Both the position numbers and the translations under genes were made by a program. Of a stretch of 64,000 nt of DNA, positions 9,500 through 19,197 are shown piece after piece. The notes beneath the pieces were generated by a model that was not told the origin of the DNA, searched no databases, and saw only the letters and a list, made by a program, of their open reading frames with translations. The stretch's first letter is position 1. Every line of letters starts with the position of its first letter. This DNA is from an uncultured Bifidobacterium sp. (GTDB lineage: Bacteria; Actinomycetota; Acidimicrobiia; Acidimicrobiales; Ilumatobacteraceae): assembly GCA_964563545.1 (NCBI GenBank), contig CAZLXB010000001.1:80064-144063 (forward strand), written 5' to 3'.

Positions 9500-10252
9500 A
9501 TGCGTCCCCGATGGCTCGTGCCCTTCGCGCTCGTCCCGTTGCTGACGACTTTGACCTCCTGCGGTTCCGATACGTCCACCACCACGCTCGAGGTTTCGGC
9601 CGCGGCCTCCCTCACCGGCGCCTTCGGCGAGATCGAGAAGGCCTTCGAACGAGCACATCCCGATGTCGATGTGGTCCTCAACTTTGCGTCTTCGTCCGAT
9701 CTCGTGACTCAGATCGTCGAAGGAGCACCGGTCGACGTGTTCGCCTCGGCCGACACCAAGAACATGGACAAAGTCTCCGAGGCTGGTCTGATCGCCGGGG
9801 ATACCGGAATTTTCGCCACCAATTCGTTGCGCATCATCGTCGCCCCCGGCAATCCACTCGAGATCACCTCACTCGCCGATCTCACCCGACCCGGGCTCGT
9901 GTACGTCACCTGTGATCCGAGCGTTCCGATCGGGCGATACGCACAAGAGGTTCTCGACGCCGCCGGCGTCGACCTCGCGCCGGCTTCCTTCGAAGAGAAC
10001 GTCAAAGGCATCGTGGCCAAGGTGACCGCCGGTGAAGCCGACGCCGGCATCGTGTACGCGACCGATGTTCTCGCCGCCGGGGATCGCGCCGAAGGTGTCG
10101 ACATACCGGACGAACTCAATGTGTCGGCCCGATATCCCATCGCCGCTCTGACATCGTCTGATTCGTCCGAAGTCGCCCGACGGTTCGTCGACTTCGTCGG
10201 CTCGAGCGAAGGTTCGGCGATCCTCACACGATTCGGATTCGGCACCCGATGA
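9500..10252 (+). CDS. modA: Molybdate ABC transporter substrate-binding lipoprotein
   Basis: The signal peptide has the lipobox LTSC. The remainder is ModA-like (AAASLTGAFGEIEKAF..., VFASAD, AGIVYATD). It is first in a modABC-type operon. Confidence 0.9.
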   Translation: MRPRWLVPFALVPLLTTLTSCGSDTSTTTLEVSAAASLTGAFGEIEKAFERAHPDVDVVLNFASSSDLVTQIVEGAPVDVFASADTKNMDKVSEAGLIAGDTGIFATNSLRIIVAPGNPLEITSLADLTRPGLVYVTCDPSVPIGRYAQEVLDAAGVDLAPASFEENVKGIVAKVTAGEADAGIVYATDVLAAGDRAEGVDIPDELNVSARYPIAALTSSDSSEVARRFVDFVGSSEGSAILTRFGFGTR

Positions 10253-11058
10253 AACAGCGGCGGCGTCAAGCTCCGATAGCCGTGCTCGTGTGGGCCGGTG
10301 TGGCCATCACCTTCTTTGCACTTCCCTTCATCGGCATCCTCGTGCGGGCGCCCTGGAGCGATCTCCCCGATGTCATCACCGATCGAGCAGTTCGTCGAGC
10401 ACTCTGGCTGTCGCTGCGAACGTCACTGATCGCATCTCTGTTCGCCGGAATCCTCGGTGTGCCGCTGGCCTGGGTGCTTGCCCGCGTCGATTTCCCGGGT
10501 CGGCGAGTGGTGCGAGCAGTGGCCACGCTGTCGATGGTTCTGCCACCGGTGGTCGGTGGCGTCGCGCTCTTCACATCGTTCGGTCGTCGGGGGATCGTCG
10601 GGCAATACCTCGATGAGTGGTTCGGTGTCCGACTTCCGTTCTCCACCGCCGGAGTGATCGTCGCCCAGACTTTCGTGGCGATGCCCTTTCTGGTCCTGGC
10701 CGTCGAGTCCGCGTTCCGTCAACTCGACGTCCGGTACGAAGAAGCGGCGGCCACGCTCGGAGCCCGACCGTTCTTCGTCTTCCGACGGGTCACACTTCCG
10801 AGCGTGCGACCGGCGCTCGTCGCCGGTTTGGTGCTCGCCTGGGCGCGAGCACTCGGCGAATTCGGAGCGACGATCACTTTTGCCGGCAACCTGCCGGGTC
10901 GAACACAGACGATGCCACTTGCGACGTATCTCGCCCTCGAATCACAACCCGAGCGAGCGCTCGTCTTGAGTCTCGTGATGATCGGCATTTCGTTCGCCGT
11001 ATTACTGGGGTTGCGTGAGCGCTGGCTCACCACTTCGCTGCCCGAGGTTCGGGCATGA
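10249..11058 (+). CDS. modB: Molybdate ABC transporter permease
   Basis: The 269-aa polytopic ORF overlaps modA by ATGA. It carries an EAA-loop-like segment (EEAAATLGARPFFVFRRVTLP). Confidence 0.9.
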   Translation: MKQRRRQAPIAVLVWAGVAITFFALPFIGILVRAPWSDLPDVITDRAVRRALWLSLRTSLIASLFAGILGVPLAWVLARVDFPGRRVVRAVATLSMVLPPVVGGVALFTSFGRRGIVGQYLDEWFGVRLPFSTAGVIVAQTFVAMPFLVLAVESAFRQLDVRYEEAAATLGARPFFVFRRVTLPSVRPALVAGLVLAWARALGEFGATITFAGNLPGRTQTMPLATYLALESQPERALVLSLVMIGISFAVLLGLRERWLTTSLPEVRA

Positions 11059-12110
11059 CACTCGAAGCCCGGTTCTTCCTTCGTCGAGGCGACTTCGAAT
11101 CGACGATCGATCTCACGGTCGGTGACGACGAAGTCGTCGCGATTCTCGGTCCGAACGGAGCCGGCAAGTCCACCTTCGTTCGTGTGGTGGCCGGTCTCGA
11201 GACGATCGACACCGGCACGGTTCGAATCGGTGATCGGATCGTCGATGAGCCCACGAGTTCGGTGTTCGTCGACACCGCCGATCGCAACGTGGGTGTGGTG
11301 TTCCAGGATCACCTCCTCTTCGACCATATGTCGGTTGAGGACAACGTGGCCTTCGGTCCACGAGCCCGGGGGTTCAGTCGACGTGAGTCCCGCCAGCAGG
11401 CACTCGATGTACTGCGACGTTTGGGACTACAGGATCTCGCGTCACGCGCTCCCCGCACCCTGAGTGGTGGGCAGTCCCAAAGAGTCGCCCTGGCCCGCGC
11501 GCTCGTCACTTCACCGCCCGTCCTTCTCCTCGATGAGCCGCTGGCCGCCCTCGATGTGTCGACTCGGCGGGAGATCCGGCGCGAACTTCGTCGACATCTC
11601 GACCAATACGGAGGCTCCACCATCCTCGTCACTCACGATCCGCTCGACGTCTACACGCTCGCTGACCGTATCGTCATCATCGAGAACGGGACGATCACGC
11701 AGTCCGGAACCATCGAAGAGATCACCACTCGACCCCGAACCCGCTACGTGGCCGAACTGGTCGGTAACAATCTCGTGATCGGGACCGCTCGGGGAACGAC
11801 CATCACATCCGAGGCCGGAGTCGAGCTGAGTGTTGCCGATTCGTGGGAAGGCCCGGTGCTCGCCACCATACGTCCACAAGCGGTCACCGTCTCACGAAGT
11901 TCCGACGCGCTCACGAGTTCCCGCAATTCGTGGTCGACGCGCATCACCGGCTTCGAGTCGTCGGGCGAACGGGTTCGCATTCACCTCACCGGTCCCCTCG
12001 ACCTCGTGGCCGAGATCACGACTCGAGCCGTCGATGCACTCGAACTGCAGGTCGGCGATGAAGTCACGGCATCGGTGAAGGCCACCGAAATCGAGGTCTA
12101 CGAACGGTGA
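11055..12110 (+). CDS. modC: Molybdate ABC transporter ATP-binding protein with a C-terminal TOBE domain
   Basis: It has Walker A (GPNGAGKST), the ABC signature (LSGGQSQRV) and Walker B (LLLDEP). A C-terminal TOBE-like beta domain follows. It overlaps modB by ATGA. Confidence 0.85.
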   Translation: MTLEARFFLRRGDFESTIDLTVGDDEVVAILGPNGAGKSTFVRVVAGLETIDTGTVRIGDRIVDEPTSSVFVDTADRNVGVVFQDHLLFDHMSVEDNVAFGPRARGFSRRESRQQALDVLRRLGLQDLASRAPRTLSGGQSQRVALARALVTSPPVLLLDEPLAALDVSTRREIRRELRRHLDQYGGSTILVTHDPLDVYTLADRIVIIENGTITQSGTIEEITTRPRTRYVAELVGNNLVIGTARGTTITSEAGVELSVADSWEGPVLATIRPQAVTVSRSSDALTSSRNSWSTRITGFESSGERVRIHLTGPLDLVAEITTRAVDALELQVGDEVTASVKATEIEVYER

Positions 12111-12628
12111 GCAGATCGAGTCGCATCGAATCCGACCTGTTGCTCGGCGAATGGGCCTGTCTCGGAATCGTCGCGCAAGAACCCACTCATGGTTTTGCGG
12201 TGGCGGCCCGGCTGAGGATCGACGGCGATGTCGGTCGTGTCTGGTCCCTGACCCGTCCGCTGACGTACCGAGCGATCGACCACCTCACGTCGATCGGCTA
12301 CGTCGAACCGGTTCGAGAAGAACAAGGCGTGGCCGGCGGAAATCGGACGATCATTCGCATCACACGGTCAGGTCGTTCCCAACTCTTACGTTGGCTCGCC
12401 ACCCCTACCACTCACCTGCGCGACCTGCGTAGCGAGTTCCTTCTCAAATTGACGCTGGGCGAGACGCTCGGCCTGGAGAACCGGACTCTGATCCGCGAAC
12501 AGAGAAAGATCGTCGAGCGGATTCTGAAAGGCCTCACCTCGCCCGCCACGGGAAACCTCGACCACGTGACCGTGTGGCGGATCGAAGCCGCCGAAGCCGC
12601 CCGCCGGTTCCTCGATCAGTTGTCCTGA
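12107..12628 (+). CDS. PadR-family transcriptional regulator
   Basis: The 173-aa ORF has a winged-helix N-terminus (LLLGEWACLGIVAQEPTHGFAVAARL...WSLTRPLTYRAIDHLTSIGYVE). A GTGA overlap couples it to modC. Confidence 0.75.
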   Translation: MSRSSRIESDLLLGEWACLGIVAQEPTHGFAVAARLRIDGDVGRVWSLTRPLTYRAIDHLTSIGYVEPVREEQGVAGGNRTIIRITRSGRSQLLRWLATPTTHLRDLRSEFLLKLTLGETLGLENRTLIREQRKIVERILKGLTSPATGNLDHVTVWRIEAAEAARRFLDQLS

Positions 12629-14211
12629 ATCACGCCTCCGAGGATGGGCAACAACGTCAATTCGGGTTCGTCCGAGATCAATCGCTGAAGTCGGTAGCGG
12701 TTCTCGAACAAGGCGACCAAGGCTCCGTCACCACGCTTCAGGATTCGAATCCCGCCGATTCGACGTAGGCGGTCGACCGAAGCATCGTCGGTGAGCCTGA
12801 TCGCCTGATAGCCCGCCGGCTCGATTCGACTCGGGGCGTTGAACTCGCTGTCGAGTCGATGGGCGAACACCTCGAACTGGAGTTGGCCGACGGCAGCCAG
12901 GATCGGATCAGCATCACCCATGTCAGGATCGCGAAGGACTTGGACGACACCCTCCTCGTCGAGTTGGGCCAGACCCTTGCGGAACTGCTTGAACTTGCCG
13001 GTGTCGACCGGACGCGCGGTGGCGAAGACTTCGGGTTCGAATCGCGGGACGCCGGGGAACTCCACGCGGGGCCCGGCGAACAGCGAGTCGCCGATCTGCA
13101 AACCGGCGGCGTTGATGAGCCCGATGATGTCCCCCGGATACGCCGTCTCGATCGTCTCACGCTCGGAACCGAACGCGGTTGTCGCGTACTTCGTACCTAC
13201 CGGCTTGGCCGTACGCGCATTGGTCACGTCCATCGAACGAACGAACTCACCCGAGCACACTCGCGCGAACGCGAGCCGGTCCCGGTGGTTCGGATCCATG
13301 TTGGCCTGCACCTTGAACACGAACGCCGAGAATGGAGAGTCGATCGTTCGCGGAACTCCACCGACGTCCTCTCGCGGTTGCGGGGATGGTGCGTAGTCGG
13401 CAACCGCGTCGAGCAACATTCGAACCCCGAAGTTCGTGAGGGCCGAGCCCACGAACACCGGTGTGGACTTGCCGGCGAGGAACGAAGGCATGTCGACGTC
13501 AGCGCCGATCGCCTCGAGAAGCCCGCATCCGTCGAGGGCTGTCTGCCAAGCCGATCCCTCTTCACGGGCGGCCACTTCGCGGTCGACCAATTCCTCCGGA
13601 GCGAGCGACGCACCGCGTGCCGTACGCGTGAATCGGATGTAGTCACCCGATCGACGATCGATGACTCCACGGAAATCGCCCGGGATCCCGACCGGCCAGG
13701 TCGCGGGCGTGGGTCGCAGTCCGATCTGCTCCTCGACCTCGTCGAGGAGTTCGAGCGGATCCCGACCGGGTCGGTCGTACTTGTTGAAGAACGTGATGAC
13801 CGGGAGGTTGCGACTCCGGCACACTTGGAACAGCTTGAGTGTCTGGGACTCGATGCCCTTCGCGGTGTCGAGCACCATGATCACCGCATCCACGGCGGCG
13901 AGCACGCGATACGTGTCCTCGGAGAAGTCGCGGTGACCCGGCGTGTCGAGGAGGTTGATCACCTTGTCGCCGTACGGAAACTGCAAGACAGCCGACGAGA
14001 TCGAAATACCGCGCTGACGCTCCAGTTCCATCCAGTCCGACGTCGCGCCGCGCCGATCACCACGCGCATGAACCGCACCGGCCTCTTGAATCGCACCCGC
14101 ATACAGCAGGAACTTCTCGGTCAGGGTGGTCTTTCCAGCGTCGGGATGGCTGATGATCGCAATCGTCCGCCGACGAGCAGCCTCCGAATCGACGTTCACG
14201 TTTCCCGACAC
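12616..14211 (-). CDS. prfC: Peptide chain release factor 3
   Basis: The 531-aa ORF has the GTPase G1 motif AIISHPDAGKTTLTEK and DTPGHRDF. Its overall length is typical of PrfC. Confidence 0.9.
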   Translation of the reverse strand: MSGNVNVDSEAARRRTIAIISHPDAGKTTLTEKFLLYAGAIQEAGAVHARGDRRGATSDWMELERQRGISISSAVLQFPYGDKVINLLDTPGHRDFSEDTYRVLAAVDAVIMVLDTAKGIESQTLKLFQVCRSRNLPVITFFNKYDRPGRDPLELLDEVEEQIGLRPTPATWPVGIPGDFRGVIDRRSGDYIRFTRTARGASLAPEELVDREVAAREEGSAWQTALDGCGLLEAIGADVDMPSFLAGKSTPVFVGSALTNFGVRMLLDAVADYAPSPQPREDVGGVPRTIDSPFSAFVFKVQANMDPNHRDRLAFARVCSGEFVRSMDVTNARTAKPVGTKYATTAFGSERETIETAYPGDIIGLINAAGLQIGDSLFAGPRVEFPGVPRFEPEVFATARPVDTGKFKQFRKGLAQLDEEGVVQVLRDPDMGDADPILAAVGQLQFEVFAHRLDSEFNAPSRIEPAGYQAIRLTDDASVDRLRRIGGIRILKRGDGALVALFENRYRLQRLISDEPELTLLPILGGVIQDN

Positions 14212-14264
14212 AGGAATGCGAATCTACCGACATCCGGGCACCGTGATTCCTCTACCCTGAACAG

Positions 14265-15548
14265 GTGACTTCGGTGGCATCGACTCCCGGTACCGCCGAA
14301 TCGTCCCGACGATCACGTTCGTCGTTCGCCGAGGGGCGTGAGTTCATCGTTCTGATGGTCGCCCTCATGGCGTGTGGTGCAGTCGCCATCGACCTCCTTC
14401 TTCCCGCGTTCCCCGACATGCGTCGCGAGTTCGGCATGGATCCCGACTCGACGCAGGTGAGTTGGTTGATCACCGCGTTCTTCCTAGGGATGGCCGTCGG
14501 ACCTTGGCTCTACGGTCCGGCGTCCGATCGTTATGGACGACGCAAGCCACTTGCGGCCGGTCTCGTCCTCTATATCGCTGCCGGTATCGCTGCGAGTTTC
14601 GCCCCCTCGTGGAAGTGGGTGGTGATCATTCGCTTCGTCTGGGGAGTCGGTGCGGCCGCACCTCGATCTCTCAGCACGGCGATGATCAGGGATCGTTTCG
14701 CCGGCAACGAAATGGCGCGATTGATGTCGATGATCACCGCCGTCTTCCTTCTGGTTCCGATCTTCGCTCCGAGCATCGGTGCCGGTCTCATCGCCCTGCT
14801 CCCCTGGCGCGTCGTGTTCTGGTTCCCATCCGTGATCGGCGTGATTCTCCTCGTCTGGTCACGACGGCTCCCCGAGACTCTCGATCCGGCCAATCAGCGA
14901 CCATTCACTTGGCGAGCCGTCGGTGCCGCGGGTCGGGAGGTTCTGTCGACGCGGGAGACCATCGTGTACGGAATCGCCACCACCTTCCTGTTCGGCGTGA
15001 TGACCACTTATCTGTCGGGTTCGGAAGTCATCATCGAAGACGTCTACGGATACGGACCGTGGTTCCCGCTCATCTTCGGTGTCATCGCCGTCGTCTTCGC
15101 CATCAACTCGCTCAACAACGCGCGACTGGTGAAGGTTCACGGCATCGAGACACTCGTGCGGCGCATCGTCCTCGTCGGATCCGGATCGTCGGTTCTGCTG
15201 CTACTCATCGCTTTCAGTGGTGACGGCCGGCCCAACTTCTGGGTCTACTGCACGGCGGTTTCGCTACTGATACCGATCGCCCAGGGTCTGGCACCCATCT
15301 GCAACACGGCCGCCATGACTCCGGTTCCGCACATCGCTGGCACGGCATCGGCACTGCTGCTCACGGTCACCACCGCCGGCGGATCACTTCTCGGTGGGCT
15401 CGGCAGCAGCGCGTTCGACGGCACGATCCGACCTTTTGCTCTCTACGTAGTCGGATACTTCGCGATCGCCACGACGTTGATCCTCTGGACGACCGGACGA
15501 GGTCGTCGAGTTACCGAGTCAGGCTCCGCAGGCCGCGAAAGCCGCTGA
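14265..15548 (+). CDS. MFS transporter, Bcr/CflA-type drug efflux family
   Basis: The 427-aa ORF has about 12 TM helices and the MFS loop motif GPASDRYGRRKPL. Confidence 0.8.
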   Translation: MTSVASTPGTAESSRRSRSSFAEGREFIVLMVALMACGAVAIDLLLPAFPDMRREFGMDPDSTQVSWLITAFFLGMAVGPWLYGPASDRYGRRKPLAAGLVLYIAAGIAASFAPSWKWVVIIRFVWGVGAAAPRSLSTAMIRDRFAGNEMARLMSMITAVFLLVPIFAPSIGAGLIALLPWRVVFWFPSVIGVILLVWSRRLPETLDPANQRPFTWRAVGAAGREVLSTRETIVYGIATTFLFGVMTTYLSGSEVIIEDVYGYGPWFPLIFGVIAVVFAINSLNNARLVKVHGIETLVRRIVLVGSGSSVLLLLIAFSGDGRPNFWVYCTAVSLLIPIAQGLAPICNTAAMTPVPHIAGTASALLLTVTTAGGSLLGGLGSSAFDGTIRPFALYVVGYFAIATTLILWTTGRGRRVTESGSAGRESR

Positions 15549-16661
15549 GACGAGCGAAGTTCCGCGGTTGTCGCCGAGAAGTCCTTCGGCCATCCGGTTC
15601 ATCACATAGGTCACGGTGAGACCGAGATCGAGATCGTTGACGATCGCCGATCCACCCCATCCGCCCCAGAAACACGCGCGTCGATCCATCGGCAGGTGGG
15701 CAACGGTCGGATTGGGCAGGCCATAACCGATTCCGAATTTCACCGGCGCCATCAGCACCTGATCCATGCCGTCGCTCTGCACGCGGAAGATCTGATCGAT
15801 CGTCTTCTGGCCGAGCAAACGACGCCCACGAACCACACCGCCATTGGTGATCGCACTCTGCGCCCAGGCGAGCGACCGCGCGTTGCCATGACCGTTGGCG
15901 GCGCCGATGTCGGCCTGCCGCCATTCCTTGGTCCAAGCCGCCTCGGCACCCGGAGCCGGACCAGTGAACGTCTTGACGACGACCGAATTCGGATCGAGTT
16001 GCGTCATGTCGACTGGCAAAGGAGGCGGTGGGATCACGTTCGACACCCGGCCGAATTCGCTCTCGGGCAGGCCGATGTGGAAGTCGAGATCGAGTGGTTC
16101 GGCGACTTCACGCCGGAAGAACTCCCCCAGCTTGGAACCGGTGATACGGCGGATCACCTCACCCACGAGATGTCCTTGGTTGAGAGCGTGATAACCCGAC
16201 GACGATCCGGGCTCCCACCACGGGGCCTGCGCGGCGAGCTTCGCCGTCGACTTCTCCCAGTCGTAGAGGTCACCCACTTCGATCGGTTGATCCCAGCCGG
16301 ACACGCCCGAGGTGTGCGAAAGAAGATGACGCACGAGTACTCCACCCTTGCCGTTGGCGGCGAACTCGGGCCAGTACTTCGCCACCGGAGCATCGAGATC
16401 GAGTTCACTGCGATCGGCCAGCATCAATGCACACAACGCCATCTGTGTCTTGGTACTCGACCAGACGTTGGTGATCGTGTCGGAAGTCCAGGGAGCCGAA
16501 TGTTGCTCATCGACCCATCCACCCCAGATGTCGACCACCATCTCACCCTTGAGAACCACGGCCACTGAAGCTCCGACATCCTCCCCGGAATCGATGTTGG
16601 CCGAGAGGATCTCGCGCATCTTCTCGAAACGCGGATCACAGGAACCATGAATTTGTGCCAT
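15519..16661 (-). CDS. Serine hydrolase of the beta-lactamase/esterase (class C-like) family
   Basis: It carries the S-x-x-K motif in VWSSTKTQMAL and has the length and sequence style of EstB-type esterases. I chose the ATG at 16661 (MAQIHGS...). The longer track ORF would overlap the upstream gene. Confidence 0.8.
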   Translation of the reverse strand: MAQIHGSCDPRFEKMREILSANIDSGEDVGASVAVVLKGEMVVDIWGGWVDEQHSAPWTSDTITNVWSSTKTQMALCALMLADRSELDLDAPVAKYWPEFAANGKGGVLVRHLLSHTSGVSGWDQPIEVGDLYDWEKSTAKLAAQAPWWEPGSSSGYHALNQGHLVGEVIRRITGSKLGEFFRREVAEPLDLDFHIGLPESEFGRVSNVIPPPPLPVDMTQLDPNSVVVKTFTGPAPGAEAAWTKEWRQADIGAANGHGNARSLAWAQSAITNGGVVRGRRLLGQKTIDQIFRVQSDGMDQVLMAPVKFGIGYGLPNPTVAHLPMDRRACFWGGWGGSAIVNDLDLGLTVTYVMNRMAEGLLGDNRGTSLVSAAFAACGA

Positions 16662-16701
16662 GTCGAACCCCCTTGTCGATGACCTTCGTGAACAGTATCC
16701 G

Positions 16702-17577
16702 TCAGGAAGCCCGGCGCTGACGCTGACGTTCCATGAGGCTGCACCAATCCCAATCGGCGCCACCCATAGCAGCCACCTCCGACAGCATCTGTCCGACCAT
16801 GGCCGTGACCGGTAACGGGATGTTCATGTTGCGGGCCTCGTCGAGGACCAACCCGATGTCCTTGCGCATCAGAGTGTTGGAGAACCCGTAGTCGTATTCA
16901 CCGGCGAGCATCCGCTCGGCGCGGTTGGCCATCTGCCACGAGGCCGACGATCCCTGCAACATCACATGGATCACCTTCTCCACATCGAGTCCAGCCGTTT
17001 CGGCGAAGTCGAGACCCTCGGCCAGGGCCTGACACAGACCGATCACGCAGATCTGGTTGGTCATCTTGGTGATCTGCCCCGCGCCGGAACCACCCATCAG
17101 GGTGACCCGTGCGCCGTAACTCGCGATCACGCTCTCGCTCCGCGTAAAAGCGGCGTCATCGCCACCGACCATCACCGTCAAGGTTCCGTTCTTCGCACCG
17201 TCGACTCCTCCCGAGACGGGGGCATCGAGAAACCGACCCCCGGTCGTGGCGACTCTCGCGGCCACCTCTCGCGCTGCCTCGGCCGATGTGGTCGAGTGGT
17301 CGATCCACACCACACCTTTGGTCGTGTGCGGGACGACTCGATCAGCGACGGCCCGCAACTCTCGATCGGCGGGCAACGAAGTGATGACGAATTCGGCACC
17401 CGATGCCGCGTCGCTCGGGTCAGTCGCCGATCGACCACCGAACTCAGCCGACCACTTGGTGGCCACGCCGTCCACTGCGTCGCACACCGTCACCTCGTGA
17501 CCTCCCTTCACGAGATGGCCAGCCATGTGCCATCCCATACGACCGATTCCGATGAAGGCGACCTTGGCCGAACTCAT
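16702..17577 (-). CDS. NAD(P)-dependent dehydrogenase, 3-hydroxyisobutyrate/6-phosphogluconate dehydrogenase family
   Basis: The N-terminal Rossmann motif is VAFIGIGRMGWHMAGHL. At 291 aa it has the typical length for HIBADH-like enzymes. Confidence 0.85.
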   Translation of the reverse strand: MSSAKVAFIGIGRMGWHMAGHLVKGGHEVTVCDAVDGVATKWSAEFGGRSATDPSDAASGAEFVITSLPADRELRAVADRVVPHTTKGVVWIDHSTTSAEAAREVAARVATTGGRFLDAPVSGGVDGAKNGTLTVMVGGDDAAFTRSESVIASYGARVTLMGGSGAGQITKMTNQICVIGLCQALAEGLDFAETAGLDVEKVIHVMLQGSSASWQMANRAERMLAGEYDYGFSNTLMRKDIGLVLDEARNMNIPLPVTAMVGQMLSEVAAMGGADWDWCSLMERQRQRRAS

Positions 17578-18158
17578 GCCGGCACCCCCGGTTGTCCGCG
17601 ATCGGCCAACGTGAATCCGCCGGCAAGACGGGCGTGAACGCGCCCACCGCTCGCCATGGCAAGGATCACCACCATCTCATCGGGTTTGGGGCCATCGGGT
17701 ACGCCGACTTCGATGGCGTCGTAATGACTGCCCACGTAGCTCCACTCGAGATGGGTGATCGGGACATCGAGCCGGGCACCAATGCCACCGACCTTCTTGG
17801 TGGAGGGAACGATCGAGGTCCCCTTGCCGAGTGCGGCCCGCATGCCACCGCCTCCCGGAATGTGCCACATCGCGCCGTGCTCGATCTCACCGGCCGAGCC
17901 GACGATCGTCCCCTTGCCGTAGCCATCGATCAACGAAGAATCCCCGCCGAGATGGGAGATGAGTATCCGTCCAAGGCGTTCGCCGAGGACTCGCAACTCG
18001 TCGACGGCCGGACTCAGATCCTCGACATAACGCCCGACGTACGGATTGCCCACCACGGCGGCCACCGCGCCCTTCAGTGCCGGACGTTCGCGAACCGGAC
18101 CCAGATCATGGTGGATCTCCTCGACCACGGTGACGATCTTGCGGATGGGGAAAAGCAT
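17574..18158 (-). CDS. Amino-acid-synthesis (AA_synth, PF06684-like) family protein
   Basis: The sequence MLFPIRKIVTVVEEIHHDLGP...GNPYVGRYVEDL...GKGTIVGSAGEIEHGAMW matches my memory of this family. I chose the ATG at 18158. An ATGA overlap links it to the downstream dehydrogenase. Confidence 0.7.
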   Translation of the reverse strand: MLFPIRKIVTVVEEIHHDLGPVRERPALKGAVAAVVGNPYVGRYVEDLSPAVDELRVLGERLGRILISHLGGDSSLIDGYGKGTIVGSAGEIEHGAMWHIPGGGGMRAALGKGTSIVPSTKKVGGIGARLDVPITHLEWSYVGSHYDAIEVGVPDGPKPDEMVVILAMASGGRVHARLAGGFTLADRGQPGVPA

Positions 18159-18214
18159 GGTGACTCCTCGACTCGGACCATCGGCGATTGTGCCACACCA
18201 TCGCCGGCAGCCCA

Positions 18215-18589
18215 TCAAGACGTCAGTGCCGGAGAACTGGTCACGAGGATCGACTTCCACCTCCGCTTCAGACTTTCAATCATGACGATGTAACCGAAAC
18301 CACCACTGAGGACCAGACTCCCGATCACGATCGTCGCGTCGACGACTTCTCCGAGAACAATCGACAGGATCGCAGCCACAACCAGAAGAAGGATGATCGG
18401 ACTCCGAAACTGGCGGAAAAGGAGGTGCCGACTCGACGACTCACGAACCCCGATGTGCAACGAGTCGTCACGGCGTCCAGCGACTTCGTTCGTCGTGAGT
18501 CCGGGAGGGACCGAATCGAAGCCTCGATAGACGTCCTCGATCGGACTCGACCAGTAGTCACCCGACGAGTCGAGCGGAACGCTGCTCAC
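18215..18589 (-). pseudogene. Remnant of a P-type cation ATPase (N-terminal domain and first TM pair only)
   Basis: The 124-aa ORF carries a Cation_ATPase_N-like segment (GLTTNEVAGRR...LLFRQFRSPIILLLVVAAILSIVLG). The A, P and N domains are absent, because the next gene starts 57 nt away. By eye the local GC content is lower than in the neighbouring genes. Confidence 0.5.
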
Positions 18590-18633
18590 CCGCAGAACCT
18601 ACGTCGATTACCGACCGGCCGAACTTCACCGGC

Positions 18634-19197
18634 TCAACCGAGTACGGAACGAATCTCCGAGAGGGATCGTCGGTACAGAACATGTCTCCGGTGTTCCCAC
18701 TCGGGGAGCCGAGGATGGTCGAAATCAGCCAACTCGTCACGAATCAGACCGATCTTCTCCATGACACGTCGCGAGCGCCGGTTCCCGACCGTGGTGAAGC
18801 TCACGATCTCGCCCCGAGGTGGGTTCAGATTGTGAACGCCCCACATCAGCGCCGCCCGCGCCGCTTCGGTGGCCAGACCCTTGCCCCACACATCAGCCCG
18901 AAGTCGCCAGCCGATCTCCACACACGGGGTGAAGGCCGCCTTCCACGTGGGTGCCGCAAATCCCGTGTACCCGATGAAGCGACCGGAGACGCGCTCCTCG
19001 AGGGCCCACAATCCGAAGCGTTGTTGCCATGCGACAACGGCGGCGTCGAAGAAAGCATTGGATTCGTCGACGCCCAGCACCGACGGAAAATGCTCCATCA
19101 CCACCGGATCGGCGTTCAGATCGGCGAATGGCTCTCGATCATTCTCGCGCCACTCGCGCAACACGAGACGATCGGTCGTAACAACCGGGACCGTCAC
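18634..19197 (-). CDS. GNAT family N-acetyltransferase (RimJ/RimL-like)
   Basis: The 187-aa ORF contains [28 protein letters not shown] and [13 protein letters not shown], both typical of the Acetyltransf_3 family. Confidence 0.8.
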   Translation of the reverse strand: MTVPVVTTDRLVLREWRENDREPFADLNADPVVMEHFPSVLGVDESNAFFDAAVVAWQQRFGLWALEERVSGRFIGYTGFAAPTWKAAFTPCVEIGWRLRADVWGKGLATEAARAALMWGVHNLNPPRGEIVSFTTVGNRRSRRVMEKIGLIRDELADFDHPRLPEWEHRRHVLYRRSLSEIRSVLG

